Shown here one piece after another: positions 21,244 to 31,344 of a stretch of 64,000 nt of DNA (the first letter of the stretch is position 1; the number at the start of each line of letters is the position of its first letter). The stretch covers positions 128,001 to 192,000 of the forward strand of contig JBFWNU010000008.1 in NCBI GenBank assembly GCA_050250895.1, written 5' to 3'. The notes under the pieces are model-generated. The model made no database searches, had not been told where the DNA came from, and saw only the letters and a list, made by a program, of their open reading frames with translations. The DNA comes from Vulcanimicrobiota bacterium (GTDB taxonomy: Bacteria > Vulcanimicrobiota > Xenobia > Xenobiales > JADMJV01). The translations under genes and the position numbers were made by a program.

Positions 21244-21819
21244 TTGGCTAGAGATCGTCAAGCAATCGAGGCAAGATTTCGTTCGGGAAGTCGGTGGTTT
21301 TTGATCATCGCAGCCCTTTCCGCCCTGGCCAGTCTGGCCTTCTATCAAGGCATCGCCTGGAAGGCTCTGGGCATGGTCAGTCTGGCTACGCCTCTGGTGC
21401 TGGACACGGCTGTCAAGACCATCGGAGGACGCTGGCTCTGGGCCGAAGACCTCCAATACTACTGCCTGCTGCTGAGCCTGGCCCTGGCGGCGGTGTTCTT
21501 GTTGATCGGCGTGCTGACCAGTTACGCCTCGCACACGGGAGCCTTTCTCAAACTCGACCGAGTCTTCGGCATCTTCGCCCGCCTCGGCGGCGCCTTCGGT
21601 ATGGCCCATCTGGTCGGATCGCGCCTGATCTACTTCGTCGGAGTGGTCCTTTACGTGGCCGACGGCCTGTTGGCTTTTTGCCTGGAGTTCTTCCTGCGGA
21701 ATATCTTAACCGACCTCAGGGTGTTAGTGCTTACCAATCTGGGATTCCACTGCTTTGTTCTCGTATTTTTGATGTATGGTCTCGCCTCGGGCTTTGAAAA
21801 AGAGAACAAGCCAGAATAA
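21244..21819 (+). CDS. Hypothetical membrane protein
   Basis: Four hydrophobic segments; AGGAGG RBS upstream. Confidence 0.65.
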   Translation: MARDRQAIEARFRSGSRWFLIIAALSALASLAFYQGIAWKALGMVSLATPLVLDTAVKTIGGRWLWAEDLQYYCLLLSLALAAVFLLIGVLTSYASHTGAFLKLDRVFGIFARLGGAFGMAHLVGSRLIYFVGVVLYVADGLLAFCLEFFLRNILTDLRVLVLTNLGFHCFVLVFLMYGLASGFEKENKPE

Positions 21820-21859
21820 TCTTCAAAGGACCTGACGCCATAATACCGAACTGGTAGAA

Positions 21860-23833
21860 ATGGACCATGCCAGTCCGTATCCTGTAGACCATTCCACCGA
21901 TAGCGGAGGCGACGGTGCCATCGAGTCGGTGTGGGCCATGCTGCTGGCCGGCTGCGGCGCGGTGCTGGTGGGCGCCGACCTGGGCGGAGCCGTCCAATTG
22001 GTCAGACTCGGGTCGAGCGACCTGGGCTACAAGATGCTCGGGCTCATCTTCGGCGCCAGTCTGTTGGCCGGAGGCATCGGGTTCGGAATAGCTCGCTTCG
22101 TCCTGAAACTAGAAGGCAAGCGCGTGCTGCCACCCGCTTTCATCGCGGCCGGGTTGGTAGGGGGCGCACTTCCGTTTCTCTTTCTCTGGGCGCGGCAGGC
22201 CCTTCGCTACGCCATGGGCCTGGGAGCCGCCGCCGGGGTCGGGGTGTCGGTGCTGGCGCTCAGTGGGCGCGCCATCCGCGATGCTCAGCGCCTGAGGGTG
22301 CAGCAACGGGCTCAAAATCTTACCGAAGATGCCTGGACCGAGCACGCCATGGGCGAGGTCGAGAAGGCCGAAGCACTGCTGGTCGAGGCGCTCAGTCTGT
22401 GCGAGAAGAAGCTCGGTCCTCGCAACCTCTTCACCCTGGTCACCCTCCACTCTCTGGCCAACCTCTATCGCGTCCATCAGCAGTATGACCTGGCCGAGAA
22501 GCACTACGATCGAGCTCTGCCGCTCTATGCCGAGATCGTCAAGAACACGCCTAGCGCCCAGCCGACCTGCGTCTATCACGTGGCTCTCAATCGGTTCGGC
22601 CAGAAGAAGTTTCGCGAGGCCATCGCCACCGCCCGCCAGTCGATCGAGATGCGAGCCGATCGCGGAGTCGGCAATCCGGTCGAAGAGGCCGACTGCTACA
22701 CTCTCATGGCCCGAGCCGAGGTCGAATTAGGCGACGACGAGGCCGCGATTCCGCTCTTCAGCAAGGCTCTCGACCTTCAGAACGAGCGTCTTCCTAACAA
22801 TCACCCCCTTGTATTGGGTTTGCTGGGAGCGCTCTCGGGCTGCTACATGCGTCTCAATCGGTTTCACGAGACCGAGGGCTATCTCGAGCATCTCGTCGAG
22901 CAGATCGAGACGTCGGAACAGCCCGACTACGAGTTGATGGTAGAAGCTCTGCTGGATCTTGGTCGAGTGCGCACGGTGCAGAACAAGGTCGTCGAAGCCA
23001 TGCCGCTCTACCGCCGCGGCCTGCGCTTCTTGCAGCATCAGGTCGGGCCCAACGACCGCCTGCTGCAGAAGATTCTCGAGGGTTTTCAGTCGTTGCTGAA
23101 CCTGCAAAAGGGTGAGGCAGAAGGGGTGATTGACCTGCTGGTCCTATTTCGCGGTGAGCGTGAGCAGATTCGCAAGCTGCTCGAGGAGCGCCCGGGCTGG
23201 GCCGACAGCCGCGACCGAACCGGCTGGGGACCGTTGCAGTGGGCCATCTTCATGGGACGCGAAGACATCGCCAGCTGGCTACTACGCAAAGGAGCCTCGA
23301 CCGAGTTCGACTCGGAAGACGCCCTGGGGCCGTTGCACGTGGCGGCCGCCTGGGGTCGCCGCCAGTCCCTGATGGATTTGCTCTCGGCCGGTTGTGAGGT
23401 CAACGCCCGCGGGCCGGCCGGCTGGACGCCCATCTTCTGGGCTTGCCACATGGGACGAGGACGCATCGTGGACCTGTTGCTCAAGCGCAACGTCGAGGTC
23501 AATCTGCGAGACGACCTGGGCTGGAGCCCGCTCCACGTAGCCGCCGCTGGAGGACACTCCGACTGCGCGGTGGCCTTGCTTTCGGCCAACGCCCGCGTCA
23601 ACGCCAAGGAGAAGACCAAAGGCCAGACGCCGATGCATCTGGCCGCGCTACGCTCGCATATGAAGATGGTCGAGGTTCTGATGCTCAACGGTGGCGACGT
23701 GACCATGCAAGACCAGGACGGCAAGAGCTCCATGGATGTGGCTGGCGAGCGAGGCAATCGTCTCATGGTTCGATTCATGAACAAGTTCTTGACGGGCCGC
23801 GGCAAGTGGGAGGGCACCCCCAACGCAGACTAG
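21860..23833 (+). CDS. Membrane protein with TPR and ankyrin repeats
   Basis: N-terminal TM helices, kinesin-light-chain-like TPRs (LHSLANLY..AEKHY.RAL), C-terminal GWTP/GQTPMHLA ankyrin repeats. Confidence 0.8.
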   Translation: MDHASPYPVDHSTDSGGDGAIESVWAMLLAGCGAVLVGADLGGAVQLVRLGSSDLGYKMLGLIFGASLLAGGIGFGIARFVLKLEGKRVLPPAFIAAGLVGGALPFLFLWARQALRYAMGLGAAAGVGVSVLALSGRAIRDAQRLRVQQRAQNLTEDAWTEHAMGEVEKAEALLVEALSLCEKKLGPRNLFTLVTLHSLANLYRVHQQYDLAEKHYDRALPLYAEIVKNTPSAQPTCVYHVALNRFGQKKFREAIATARQSIEMRADRGVGNPVEEADCYTLMARAEVELGDDEAAIPLFSKALDLQNERLPNNHPLVLGLLGALSGCYMRLNRFHETEGYLEHLVEQIETSEQPDYELMVEALLDLGRVRTVQNKVVEAMPLYRRGLRFLQHQVGPNDRLLQKILEGFQSLLNLQKGEAEGVIDLLVLFRGEREQIRKLLEERPGWADSRDRTGWGPLQWAIFMGREDIASWLLRKGASTEFDSEDALGPLHVAAAWGRRQSLMDLLSAGCEVNARGPAGWTPIFWACHMGRGRIVDLLLKRNVEVNLRDDLGWSPLHVAAAGGHSDCAVALLSANARVNAKEKTKGQTPMHLAALRSHMKMVEVLMLNGGDVTMQDQDGKSSMDVAGERGNRLMVRFMNKFLTGRGKWEGTPNAD

Positions 23834-23883
23834 TTCTTCTTGCCCTAGCAGGGTGGCGGCCGGCGGGCGATAAGTGATCGAAG

Positions 23884-24669
23884 ATGCGGCTCGCAATTTG
23901 CCTTCTGACCTGGTTGCTATTGGCCATCCCGGCGCTGGCCCAGCGCAGCTACGACAACGACGATATCGAGCAGATGAAGTGGCACTATGAAGGTCGGCCC
24001 AAGGCCAGGGCCAGGGCTCACGGCAAGCTGCCTCGTCGTCTGCTCGAGCGCGAGTACGTCGAGCCCAAGCTCAAAGATTGGTTGCTTCCCTACCAGACCT
24101 GGGAGCAGGAATACAGCGCTTATTTCAAGCGGCACTATGGCGACTCACGGCTGACCTTCAAGCCGGAGATGATCGTCATGCACTACACCGTGATTCCCAG
24201 CGCTCGTTCGGTCTGGAACAGTTTTGCTCGCGGAGCCAATATGTCCGCCGGCGATCGGGGCACGGTTTGGGGCCATGTTTCGGTGCAACTGATGATCGAT
24301 ACCGATGGCACCATTTATCGCCTGTTACCCCTCGATCGACGCTGCACGGGCGCCTACGGCGTCAACCACAAGGCTCTCTCTATCGAGATGGTGGCCCGCG
24401 ACGAGAGCGAATTGCTCGGCCGTGACGAGCAGGTCTTCGCGTCCTTTTGCCTGGTGCGCTGGTTGATGGACGAGTACGACATCCCGGCCTCGAAGGTGGT
24501 GGCTCACTATGAAGTCAGCCAGGGCAAGTCGGTAGTGCCGGAATACACCGATTTTGCCGACGCGAGCTGGCCCGACCGCTATCCGCCCGCAAGTGCCAGG
24601 ACCGACCCTGGACCGACCTACATGAAGTGGCTTCGCAGCTATCTTCGCAAGACGGCAACAACCCGTTAA
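23884..24669 (+). CDS. N-acetylmuramoyl-L-alanine amidase (Amidase_2 family)
   Basis: Signal peptide; IVMHYT, IDTDGTIYRL, SIEMV, VVAH, TDPG. Confidence 0.8.
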   Translation: MRLAICLLTWLLLAIPALAQRSYDNDDIEQMKWHYEGRPKARARAHGKLPRRLLEREYVEPKLKDWLLPYQTWEQEYSAYFKRHYGDSRLTFKPEMIVMHYTVIPSARSVWNSFARGANMSAGDRGTVWGHVSVQLMIDTDGTIYRLLPLDRRCTGAYGVNHKALSIEMVARDESELLGRDEQVFASFCLVRWLMDEYDIPASKVVAHYEVSQGKSVVPEYTDFADASWPDRYPPASARTDPGPTYMKWLRSYLRKTATTR

Positions 24670-24749
24670 CCTGGCGTTCACAGCCTCCCAATAGACTCGC
24701 ACCCGGAACACCCCAACCGGAGGCCACATTGAAAGTCGCCAGCTTTGCT

Positions 24750-25874
24750 ATGCCCATCTCGCGCCGCCCGGCCGCACCCGAGCGGTCTGACGAGCAGCCC
24801 CAGCCCAGGCCGACCAGCCTGGGAGAGACCGTCTACGACTCGGTCGAGACGGTGCTCAACACCTATCGCGCCATGCCGCAGTTTCTCTACCCGAGCGTCT
24901 ACGGTACCGCTGCCGAGCGCAGCCTCATCATGAATACGCTCGACTCCTTGCCCCTCAAGGATGTGGGCTCGACCGTCACCATCACCATGAAAGACACTCT
25001 GGGTTCAGCCAACCTGCTGGGGGTGAATCGTCCGGCCCTGGGCTCGATCGCCATCAACCGCACCGGCTACGGCATGAGCGACCCGGCCGAGGTGGTCGAA
25101 ACCCTGGTGCACGAGCTGGGCCACAGTAAGGATTATCCGGGGCGCATCCCCAGCATTCTCACCGGAGGCCACTCTGGTAGCGGACCCTTCGGCAGCCCTC
25201 CCTATGTTTCTCGTTACGCCGGCACAGCGGCCGCCGAGGACTTTGCCGAGAGCTATGCCACCTATCGCCTGGATCCCGATCGTTTGAGAGAGGTCGCGCC
25301 CGAAAAATACGCCGTTTTCGAGAAGCTCAACCAGAAGAATTTCATCGAGTCGTTTCTCGACCAGCCCGCCTTTCGTGAGACGGGCAAACTGGTGGGCGAG
25401 TCGTTGGGCAAAGTGCCCTATCTGCGCTGGGGGCTATCTTTTGCCAGTCAGATCTCGATGGTCAATCTGGCCGCCAGCGGTGTGCAGGACGTCTTCTCGG
25501 GACATGCCGTGCGGGGAGGTCTGGCGACCGGCGCGGCAGCGGCCCTGGCCTTTAGTCACGCTCATCCGCTGCTGGGTCCGGCCGCGATGACCCTGCTCGG
25601 GGCCCATCGCGGCCTGCAGATGGCCGAGTCACGCGGAGCCGGCGCTGCCGGCCAGGCACTGGCGTCGGTGGGCGCGGGTACCGGCGGACTCGTGGGCGGC
25701 TATGTGGCTCCCCTGGGTCTAACACTGGTGGGTCACTCGCTAGCCGGCCCCGTGGGCGGGGCTGTCGGCCTGGCGGTGGGCGCCCTGGCCGGACAGGCGC
25801 TGGGTACCGAACTGGGAGGTCGGGCCGGCCTGGCTCTGGGAGCCAGCATCGATCAGGCCATGGCCAAAAGCTAG
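24750..25874 (+). CDS. Zinc metallopeptidase-like protein with C-terminal glycine zipper
   Basis: TLVHELGH (HExxH) plus VSRYA....EDFAES; GxxxG-rich hydrophobic C-terminus. Confidence 0.7.
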   Translation: MPISRRPAAPERSDEQPQPRPTSLGETVYDSVETVLNTYRAMPQFLYPSVYGTAAERSLIMNTLDSLPLKDVGSTVTITMKDTLGSANLLGVNRPALGSIAINRTGYGMSDPAEVVETLVHELGHSKDYPGRIPSILTGGHSGSGPFGSPPYVSRYAGTAAAEDFAESYATYRLDPDRLREVAPEKYAVFEKLNQKNFIESFLDQPAFRETGKLVGESLGKVPYLRWGLSFASQISMVNLAASGVQDVFSGHAVRGGLATGAAAALAFSHAHPLLGPAAMTLLGAHRGLQMAESRGAGAAGQALASVGAGTGGLVGGYVAPLGLTLVGHSLAGPVGGAVGLAVGALAGQALGTELGGRAGLALGASIDQAMAKS

Positions 25875-26893
25875 CCGGCCGCGATCACCCGGTTGCGGCC
25901 ACTCTCTTTGGCGCGATAGAGAGCCTCATCAGCCACCTCTACCAGTCGGGCCGGATCGTCGGCTTGCTGAGGATAGCTGGCCACTCCCAGCGAGATGGTC
26001 ACGTCGCCGGGTTGGCCGGCCCGCAGGGGAAAGACGAAGCTCTCGATCGCCCGTCGAAACTCCTCCGCCTTGCGCCGGGCTCGGTCCAGTTTGGTGCGGC
26101 TCAGCACGATCACGAACTCTTCGCCGCCGTAGCGGGCCAAGAATTGACCTCGGCCCAACTGAGACTCGAGCAACCGCGCCGCTTCGATGAGCACCCGGTC
26201 GCCGGCCTGGTGCCCGTGGGTATCGTTGATGCGCTTGAAGAAGTCAATGTCGAGAATGATCAAACTCAGATAGGGCTGGCGCTTCATCCAGGCGGCCAGG
26301 GTGTCCTGAAAATAGCCCCGATTGTAGCAGTTGGTGAGAGGCTCACGCTTGTTCTGCTCGCGCAGTTGCTCGTTGACCTCGCGCAGTTGTCGCGTCTTCT
26401 TCTCGACTAACCGTTCCAGTTTCTGGTTGTGTTCTTGGAGGCGGGCCGCCAGTTTGCGCTCGCGCTCGAGGGCGGTACGAGCCCGGAAACTGATCGTCTC
26501 GACCAGTTCCATTGCCAGCGACGGCTGGTTGTGCAGCAAGTTCTTGAGCTGCATCTTGTTGAGACTGAAAGCTTTGACGCGAGTGACGGCCTGGGCCGAG
26601 GCGGTGCGAGTTACCCCCTGGAACAGAGCGATCTCGCCAATGAAGTCATTGGTTCCGCGCACGGCGATGGCTCGCTTGGAATCCTCGTGATAGATGCGCA
26701 GTTTGCCCGAGAGCAACACATACATCGAGTCACCCTCGTCGCCCTGACGAAAGACCACATCGCGGGGCGAAAACTCGACCACATCCCCGGCTTCGACCAG
26801 GCGCTCGACACACGCTTGGGACAACCCCGAAAAGAGCGGCACGTCGCGTAGTGCCGCCGTCAACCCCTGACTCGTCACAGAACTGCTTTCCAC
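25871..26893 (-). CDS. Diguanylate cyclase with cNMP-binding domain
   Basis: FRQGDEGD..GEIALF..RTASA (cNMP domain), coiled coil, DIDFFKRIND.HGHQAGD, RYGGEEF. Confidence 0.92.
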   Translation of the reverse strand: MESSSVTSQGLTAALRDVPLFSGLSQACVERLVEAGDVVEFSPRDVVFRQGDEGDSMYVLLSGKLRIYHEDSKRAIAVRGTNDFIGEIALFQGVTRTASAQAVTRVKAFSLNKMQLKNLLHNQPSLAMELVETISFRARTALERERKLAARLQEHNQKLERLVEKKTRQLREVNEQLREQNKREPLTNCYNRGYFQDTLAAWMKRQPYLSLIILDIDFFKRINDTHGHQAGDRVLIEAARLLESQLGRGQFLARYGGEEFVIVLSRTKLDRARRKAEEFRRAIESFVFPLRAGQPGDVTISLGVASYPQQADDPARLVEVADEALYRAKESGRNRVIAAG

Positions 26894-26939
26894 CTATGTC
26901 GGGAAGGAACCTTTGCCTACGCTGCGAGAAACGCATGGG

Positions 26940-27896
26940 ATGCGCCGCAATCTCGGTCTGTTCGCTTTGTTGCTGTGGCTTAGCCTGGCTGCTCAAGCCC
27001 GTGACTGGCAGGCGGTCGAGTCGTTTGCCTACCAACTGCAAGGCTGTGATCTCCAACAGCTGGGACGGTCGGATTTTGACCTGCTGGTGATGGACTATTC
27101 CCGGGACGGGCACGCCCAGAATCGCTATCGCGCGCAAGAAGTGGCCTCGTTGCGCCAGGGCAGGCTGGTGCTCGCCTATCTAAGCATCGGTGAGGCCGAG
27201 GAGTATCGCTTCTATTGGAAGCCCGACTTTCGGCCGGGCAATCCGGCCTGGCTGTTGCCTCCCAACCCCAACTGGCCGGATAATTACAAAGTCCGCTACT
27301 GGGACCCCGAGTGGCAGGCCATCATGCTGGCCTATGTCGACCAGATTCTCGAAGCGGGCTTCGACGGACTCTATCTCGATCTGGTCGATTCTTATCAGTA
27401 TTTTCCCGCTCGACCCCAGGCGCGCCAGGAGATGATCGACTTCGTCTCTCGATTGGCCCATCACGCCCGCGCCAGAGGGGGCGAAGATTTTGGCATCTTT
27501 CCCCAGAACGCCGAAGAGTTGCTGGAAGACGCGGCCTATCTCGACCTGATTACCGGCATCGGCAAAGAGAGTACCTATTTTGGCTATCCCACTGACGAAG
27601 TGGCCTCGGACCCGGCGTGGACGGCCGAAGTCGAGCAACGCCTGGATCGGGCCGTCGCCGCCGGCAAACTGGTGCTCAATGTCGACTACACCAGCCGCGT
27701 CGACCAGGCCCGTCAAGCCACCAGGCGGGCCCGCGCCCGCGGCTATCGTGAGTTCATCGCGGTGCGAGAGCTCGACCAGATTCAGCTGGCTCTCAACCCC
27801 GTCCCCGAGACCGGCCCGGTTTGGCTGCTCGCCCTCGGCTTATTCCTCTTGGGGCTGGCCGGCTGGCTGGTCAGCAAGAAGCTGGGCCGCCGTTAG
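26940..27896 (+). CDS. GH114/TM1410-like endo-alpha-1,4-polygalactosaminidase with C-terminal anchor
   Basis: Signal peptide, FAYQLQ, AYLSIGEAEEYRFYW, GFDGLYLD, PQNA; C-terminal VPETG, TM helix and KKLGRR. Confidence 0.85.
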   Translation: MRRNLGLFALLLWLSLAAQARDWQAVESFAYQLQGCDLQQLGRSDFDLLVMDYSRDGHAQNRYRAQEVASLRQGRLVLAYLSIGEAEEYRFYWKPDFRPGNPAWLLPPNPNWPDNYKVRYWDPEWQAIMLAYVDQILEAGFDGLYLDLVDSYQYFPARPQARQEMIDFVSRLAHHARARGGEDFGIFPQNAEELLEDAAYLDLITGIGKESTYFGYPTDEVASDPAWTAEVEQRLDRAVAAGKLVLNVDYTSRVDQARQATRRARARGYREFIAVRELDQIQLALNPVPETGPVWLLALGLFLLGLAGWLVSKKLGRR

Positions 27897-28665
27897 CCCC
27901 TTCCAACTCGCGAAGCCTTTGCTCGAGGGCGGCTCGCTGTCGCTCGGAATCGGCCAAAGCAGACTCCGCTGCGGCTCGGGCGGACTCGGCCTCGGCTCGG
28001 GCGGACTCGGCCTCGGCTCGGGCCGACTCGGCCTCGGCCAGGGCAGACTCGGACTCGGCTCGGGCCGACTCGGCCTCGGCTCGACCCGACTCTGCTCGAT
28101 CCGCCCGCTCTGATGCTTTGGGCAACAAGGTGTTGGTGGCGGGATCGAGCAGGCGCAGTTGGTCATCGACGACCACCAGTTCAAGGCCTAGCGTCTCGAG
28201 CCGGAAACGGCCGACTACGGGCAGATAGTTCTCGTCCCGAAGCCGATACAACCGCAGCCGCGGCTCGAGATACTCTTCGCGGGGATCAAAGAGCACGTAT
28301 TCTTTCACGCCAAGAAAGGCATAAAGGCCCCTCTTGCTGCCCAGATCCTCAGACCGGGTCGAGGTCGAGGTGAACTCGAAGACGATGTCGGGGGCCTTCC
28401 CTTCGCGCCACACCAGATAGTTTTTGCGTCTGCCGGCCGGGATGCCGAGGGTCACCAGCACATCGGGCGAGACGTGACGATGGCGATCCCCTTCCTGATA
28501 GAAGAGCAACAGGTTGCCCGACACATAGACATCGGGATGCTCACGAAAGTACCACTGGAGCGTCTCGATGAGGTCGACCATCTGGTCGCGGTGCACATCC
28601 GTTTCAGCCATGGGCTGGCCGTCGCTGGTGGGATAGTCGCAGTCTTGCAGGGACATGTCTAACAT
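27871..28665 (-). CDS. Uma2-family (DUF820) endonuclease-like protein with heptad-repeat tail
   Basis: YPTSDGQPMAETDVH, SPDV, APDIVFEFTS.ST, GVKEYVLFDP. Confidence 0.88.
   Translation of the reverse strand: MLDMSLQDCDYPTSDGQPMAETDVHRDQMVDLIETLQWYFREHPDVYVSGNLLLFYQEGDRHRHVSPDVLVTLGIPAGRRKNYLVWREGKAPDIVFEFTSTSTRSEDLGSKRGLYAFLGVKEYVLFDPREEYLEPRLRLYRLRDENYLPVVGRFRLETLGLELVVVDDQLRLLDPATNTLLPKASERADRAESGRAEAESARAESESALAEAESARAEAESARAEAESARAAAESALADSERQRAALEQRLRELEGANGGPASC
27959..28090 (-). repeat. About six 21-bp tandem repeats encoding AESARAE heptads
   Basis: gcggactcggcctcggctcgg-like units read directly. Confidence 0.85.
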
Positions 28666-29022
28666 GGGTAGTCTCCATCTTCTGGATCGCTGCTCCTCGT
28701 TCCTGGATGGGCCGACGCAGAGCGGCCGCTCGGGAACAGTCTAGCCTCTGGCCGGCGAACGAAGTTCGGGGTAGCGGCGAACCTGGCTTGAAGATTCTGT
28801 GAGACTTTCGGTAAGGGCTACAGACTGCGGGCCATCTCGGCGCTGCTCAAGAGTTGTCGGCTCTCGGACCCTGGTCCCGGGTGTCAGGACTCAACGGTTC
28901 AGCGGTGCAGGCAAGCAGCAGCTCTCGGTTTGTGGCCAAAAGTTCACCAAGAATTAACCTCTTCACGCCCCCGCCTGAGAGAATGTCAGTTTAATTCCGT
29001 CTGGTTTCTGGGGGGCACGAGG

Positions 29023-30333
29023 TTGCCGAGCGAGCGCGACCTACATAAAGACTACAAGACCAAGGCCTTTCTCGAGCTGGCGCGTCGCTCGGTCTCGGGC
29101 AGTTGGGCCTATCTGCTGGTAGTCCTCGCCACCGGCCTGATGACCGACTATCCCAGCCGCTTTCCTCGCCTCTTCGGATTGGTGGCGGCCGCCATGATCG
29201 TGGTGATCGCGGCCCGGCTGTTGCTCTTCAAAGGTCTTAAGACAGGCTTTGCCCACCGCCCTGAAGTGTGGCGGTTTCGCCTGCGAGCGGCCATTCTGGC
29301 CACGCCTCTGGTGTGGGGATTTTTTCTGGCCGCCACCACCCACCTCTATCTGCGCGAGTGGACCTGCGCGCTGGTGGTCATCCTGACCGTGGGAATGGCG
29401 GCGGGAGCCACCACCGCCTTTAGCCCCGACCTGAGCTTGCATCGCAATTTTCAGATGCTCTTGTGGACCCCCACCATCGTGGTGAACGCCCTGGGCCTGG
29501 GCTCGAGCTACGCTCTGGCCGCCCTGGCTCTGCTGTTCACCGGCTACCTGCTGTGGCAGGGCCGAGAGCACTCCCGCCAGTATTGGCGCTCGGTCAAGAC
29601 CCGCCAGCGGCTGGCGCGCCAGACGATGGAGCTAGAGAACCATCAGCGCATCAAAGACGAGTTTTTGGCCGTCATCACTCACGATCTGCGCAACTCCTTG
29701 CAGAGCTTTCTGCTCTTCACCAGCACCCTCAAGCACCGCACCCAAGACCCGGTGGTGCGTGAGATGGGCGAGCATATGCGCGAAACCGGCAGCTATATGA
29801 AAGAGCTGCTCGATGACTTGCACGATCTGGCTCGCCTCGGCATGAAGGCCCTCAAGATGAAGGCCGAGGAGGTCAATCTGGTGGCGGTGGTCGAGCGGGT
29901 GCTGGCTGAGCAGAACGAACCGGCCGGTGAGAGCAGTATTCATCTGCGGCTGTCAAGCCCGGAACGCGAGCTGAGCCTGATGGCCGACGAAGTGCGGCTC
30001 CGCCAGATTCTGGCCAATCTGGTCTCGAATGCCATTAAATACAACCGTCCCGGTGGGTGGGTCGAAGTGCGCACCCGAGCCGAAGGCGAGCAGGTCGTGG
30101 TCGAGGTCGAAGACTCTGGCATCGGCATTCAGCCCGAAGATCACGACCGCGTCTTCGAGCTGTTTAGCCGGGTCGAGGGTGGCACCGTTGAGGGCAGCGG
30201 CCTGGGCCTGGCCATCACCCGACAGCTGGTCGAGCTGCATGAGGGCTCGCTCGAACTCGAGAGTCAGCCGGACAAGGGAAGCGTCTTTCGCGTTCGCCTG
30301 CCCCGCAGCGGTCCGGCCGCTCTAGCTTGCTGA
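29023..30333 (+). CDS. Membrane sensor histidine kinase
   Basis: Multiple TM helices, THDLRNSL H-box, NLVSNAIKY, DSGIGI, GSGLGL; start uncertain. Confidence 0.9.
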   Translation: MPSERDLHKDYKTKAFLELARRSVSGSWAYLLVVLATGLMTDYPSRFPRLFGLVAAAMIVVIAARLLLFKGLKTGFAHRPEVWRFRLRAAILATPLVWGFFLAATTHLYLREWTCALVVILTVGMAAGATTAFSPDLSLHRNFQMLLWTPTIVVNALGLGSSYALAALALLFTGYLLWQGREHSRQYWRSVKTRQRLARQTMELENHQRIKDEFLAVITHDLRNSLQSFLLFTSTLKHRTQDPVVREMGEHMRETGSYMKELLDDLHDLARLGMKALKMKAEEVNLVAVVERVLAEQNEPAGESSIHLRLSSPERELSLMADEVRLRQILANLVSNAIKYNRPGGWVEVRTRAEGEQVVVEVEDSGIGIQPEDHDRVFELFSRVEGGTVEGSGLGLAITRQLVELHEGSLELESQPDKGSVFRVRLPRSGPAALAC

Positions 30334-30366
30334 AGGAACGCCCGGAGCGCTGACTAAGAGGCAACG

Positions 30367-31344
30367 GTGCTGGATCTTCAATGGCTCAGGGAATTCCACT
30401 TCGGCCGCCGCCCCTGGGGACAACTGTTCATTGCGCGGGTGTTGTTAGAACTCGATTTTCGACGTAGCCACACCCACATCGTGCTGGAGGGAGCCGAGAA
30501 TCTGCCCTCGGATGGCGGCGCCTTTCTAGCCATGAATCATACCGACCGGTTCAACTACATGCCGTTCATGTATAAGCTCGACCGGCTGAGCTTGCCTCCC
30601 GCCGCGCCGTGGGTGAAGGGCAAGTACTACCAGAAGCGCTGGCTGGGGCGTATCCTCAACCTGTGCGACTGCATCCCCGTCCCCTCGCGCGGTTTCATCA
30701 TCTCCCTCGACTTCAAGCGCGTAAGCGGCCACGCTCCCAGTGCCGAACAATACCGGCTTTTGCGGGATCTGGTCGACGGCCAACTCGACCCCAGTGACTT
30801 GCCCGATGACACCCGTCTGCGCGCCTTCATCACCTCGGTGGAGGGAGAGGCGCAAAAGCCGTTTCTGGAATATTTCCATGACCTCTTTGCCCGCATGGCC
30901 GAGCAAGTCGTGCGCATCAATCGCGAGGCCCTGGAGCGCGGCTACATGCCGCTGGTCTTTCCGCAGGGAACTCGTTCGCGCCGGCTGTCGCGAGGCTACA
31001 CCGGTCTGGCGCAGGTGGCCGGCCACGTCGGGGCCAGTATCATCCCCGTGGGGGTCAGTGGAGCCGACCGTCTCTATCCCGACAGCAAGCCATTCTCGCG
31101 TGGGGGCACCGTCATCTATCGGGTAGGTCAGCCGCTTCGGCCTGATGGCCCGGAACTTGCGCCCTTTCGGGTCGAAACACCCTACGTGCCGCTCTCGTTA
31201 GAGGCCGGCCGAAACCATCAGGCCAAGTTCGAGGGCCAAACCGAGGTGGTGATGGATGCCATCAACCAGTTGCTCGAGCCCGACTATCAGTACAGCGACG
31301 ATCGGGCCTCGGACGGAGTTAGCGGCGTGCGGCGCTTTCTCTGA
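30367..31344 (+). CDS. PlsC-like acyltransferase
   Basis: MNHTDRFN (variant of HxxxxD), VFPQGTRS, IIPVGVSG. Confidence 0.75.
   Translation: MLDLQWLREFHFGRRPWGQLFIARVLLELDFRRSHTHIVLEGAENLPSDGGAFLAMNHTDRFNYMPFMYKLDRLSLPPAAPWVKGKYYQKRWLGRILNLCDCIPVPSRGFIISLDFKRVSGHAPSAEQYRLLRDLVDGQLDPSDLPDDTRLRAFITSVEGEAQKPFLEYFHDLFARMAEQVVRINREALERGYMPLVFPQGTRSRRLSRGYTGLAQVAGHVGASIIPVGVSGADRLYPDSKPFSRGGTVIYRVGQPLRPDGPELAPFRVETPYVPLSLEAGRNHQAKFEGQTEVVMDAINQLLEPDYQYSDDRASDGVSGVRRFL

Noticed and set aside
28666-29022. ncRNA or IS remnant in the 350-bp Uma2/kinase intergenic region
   Set aside because: No recognisable motif, terminal repeats or convincing structure.
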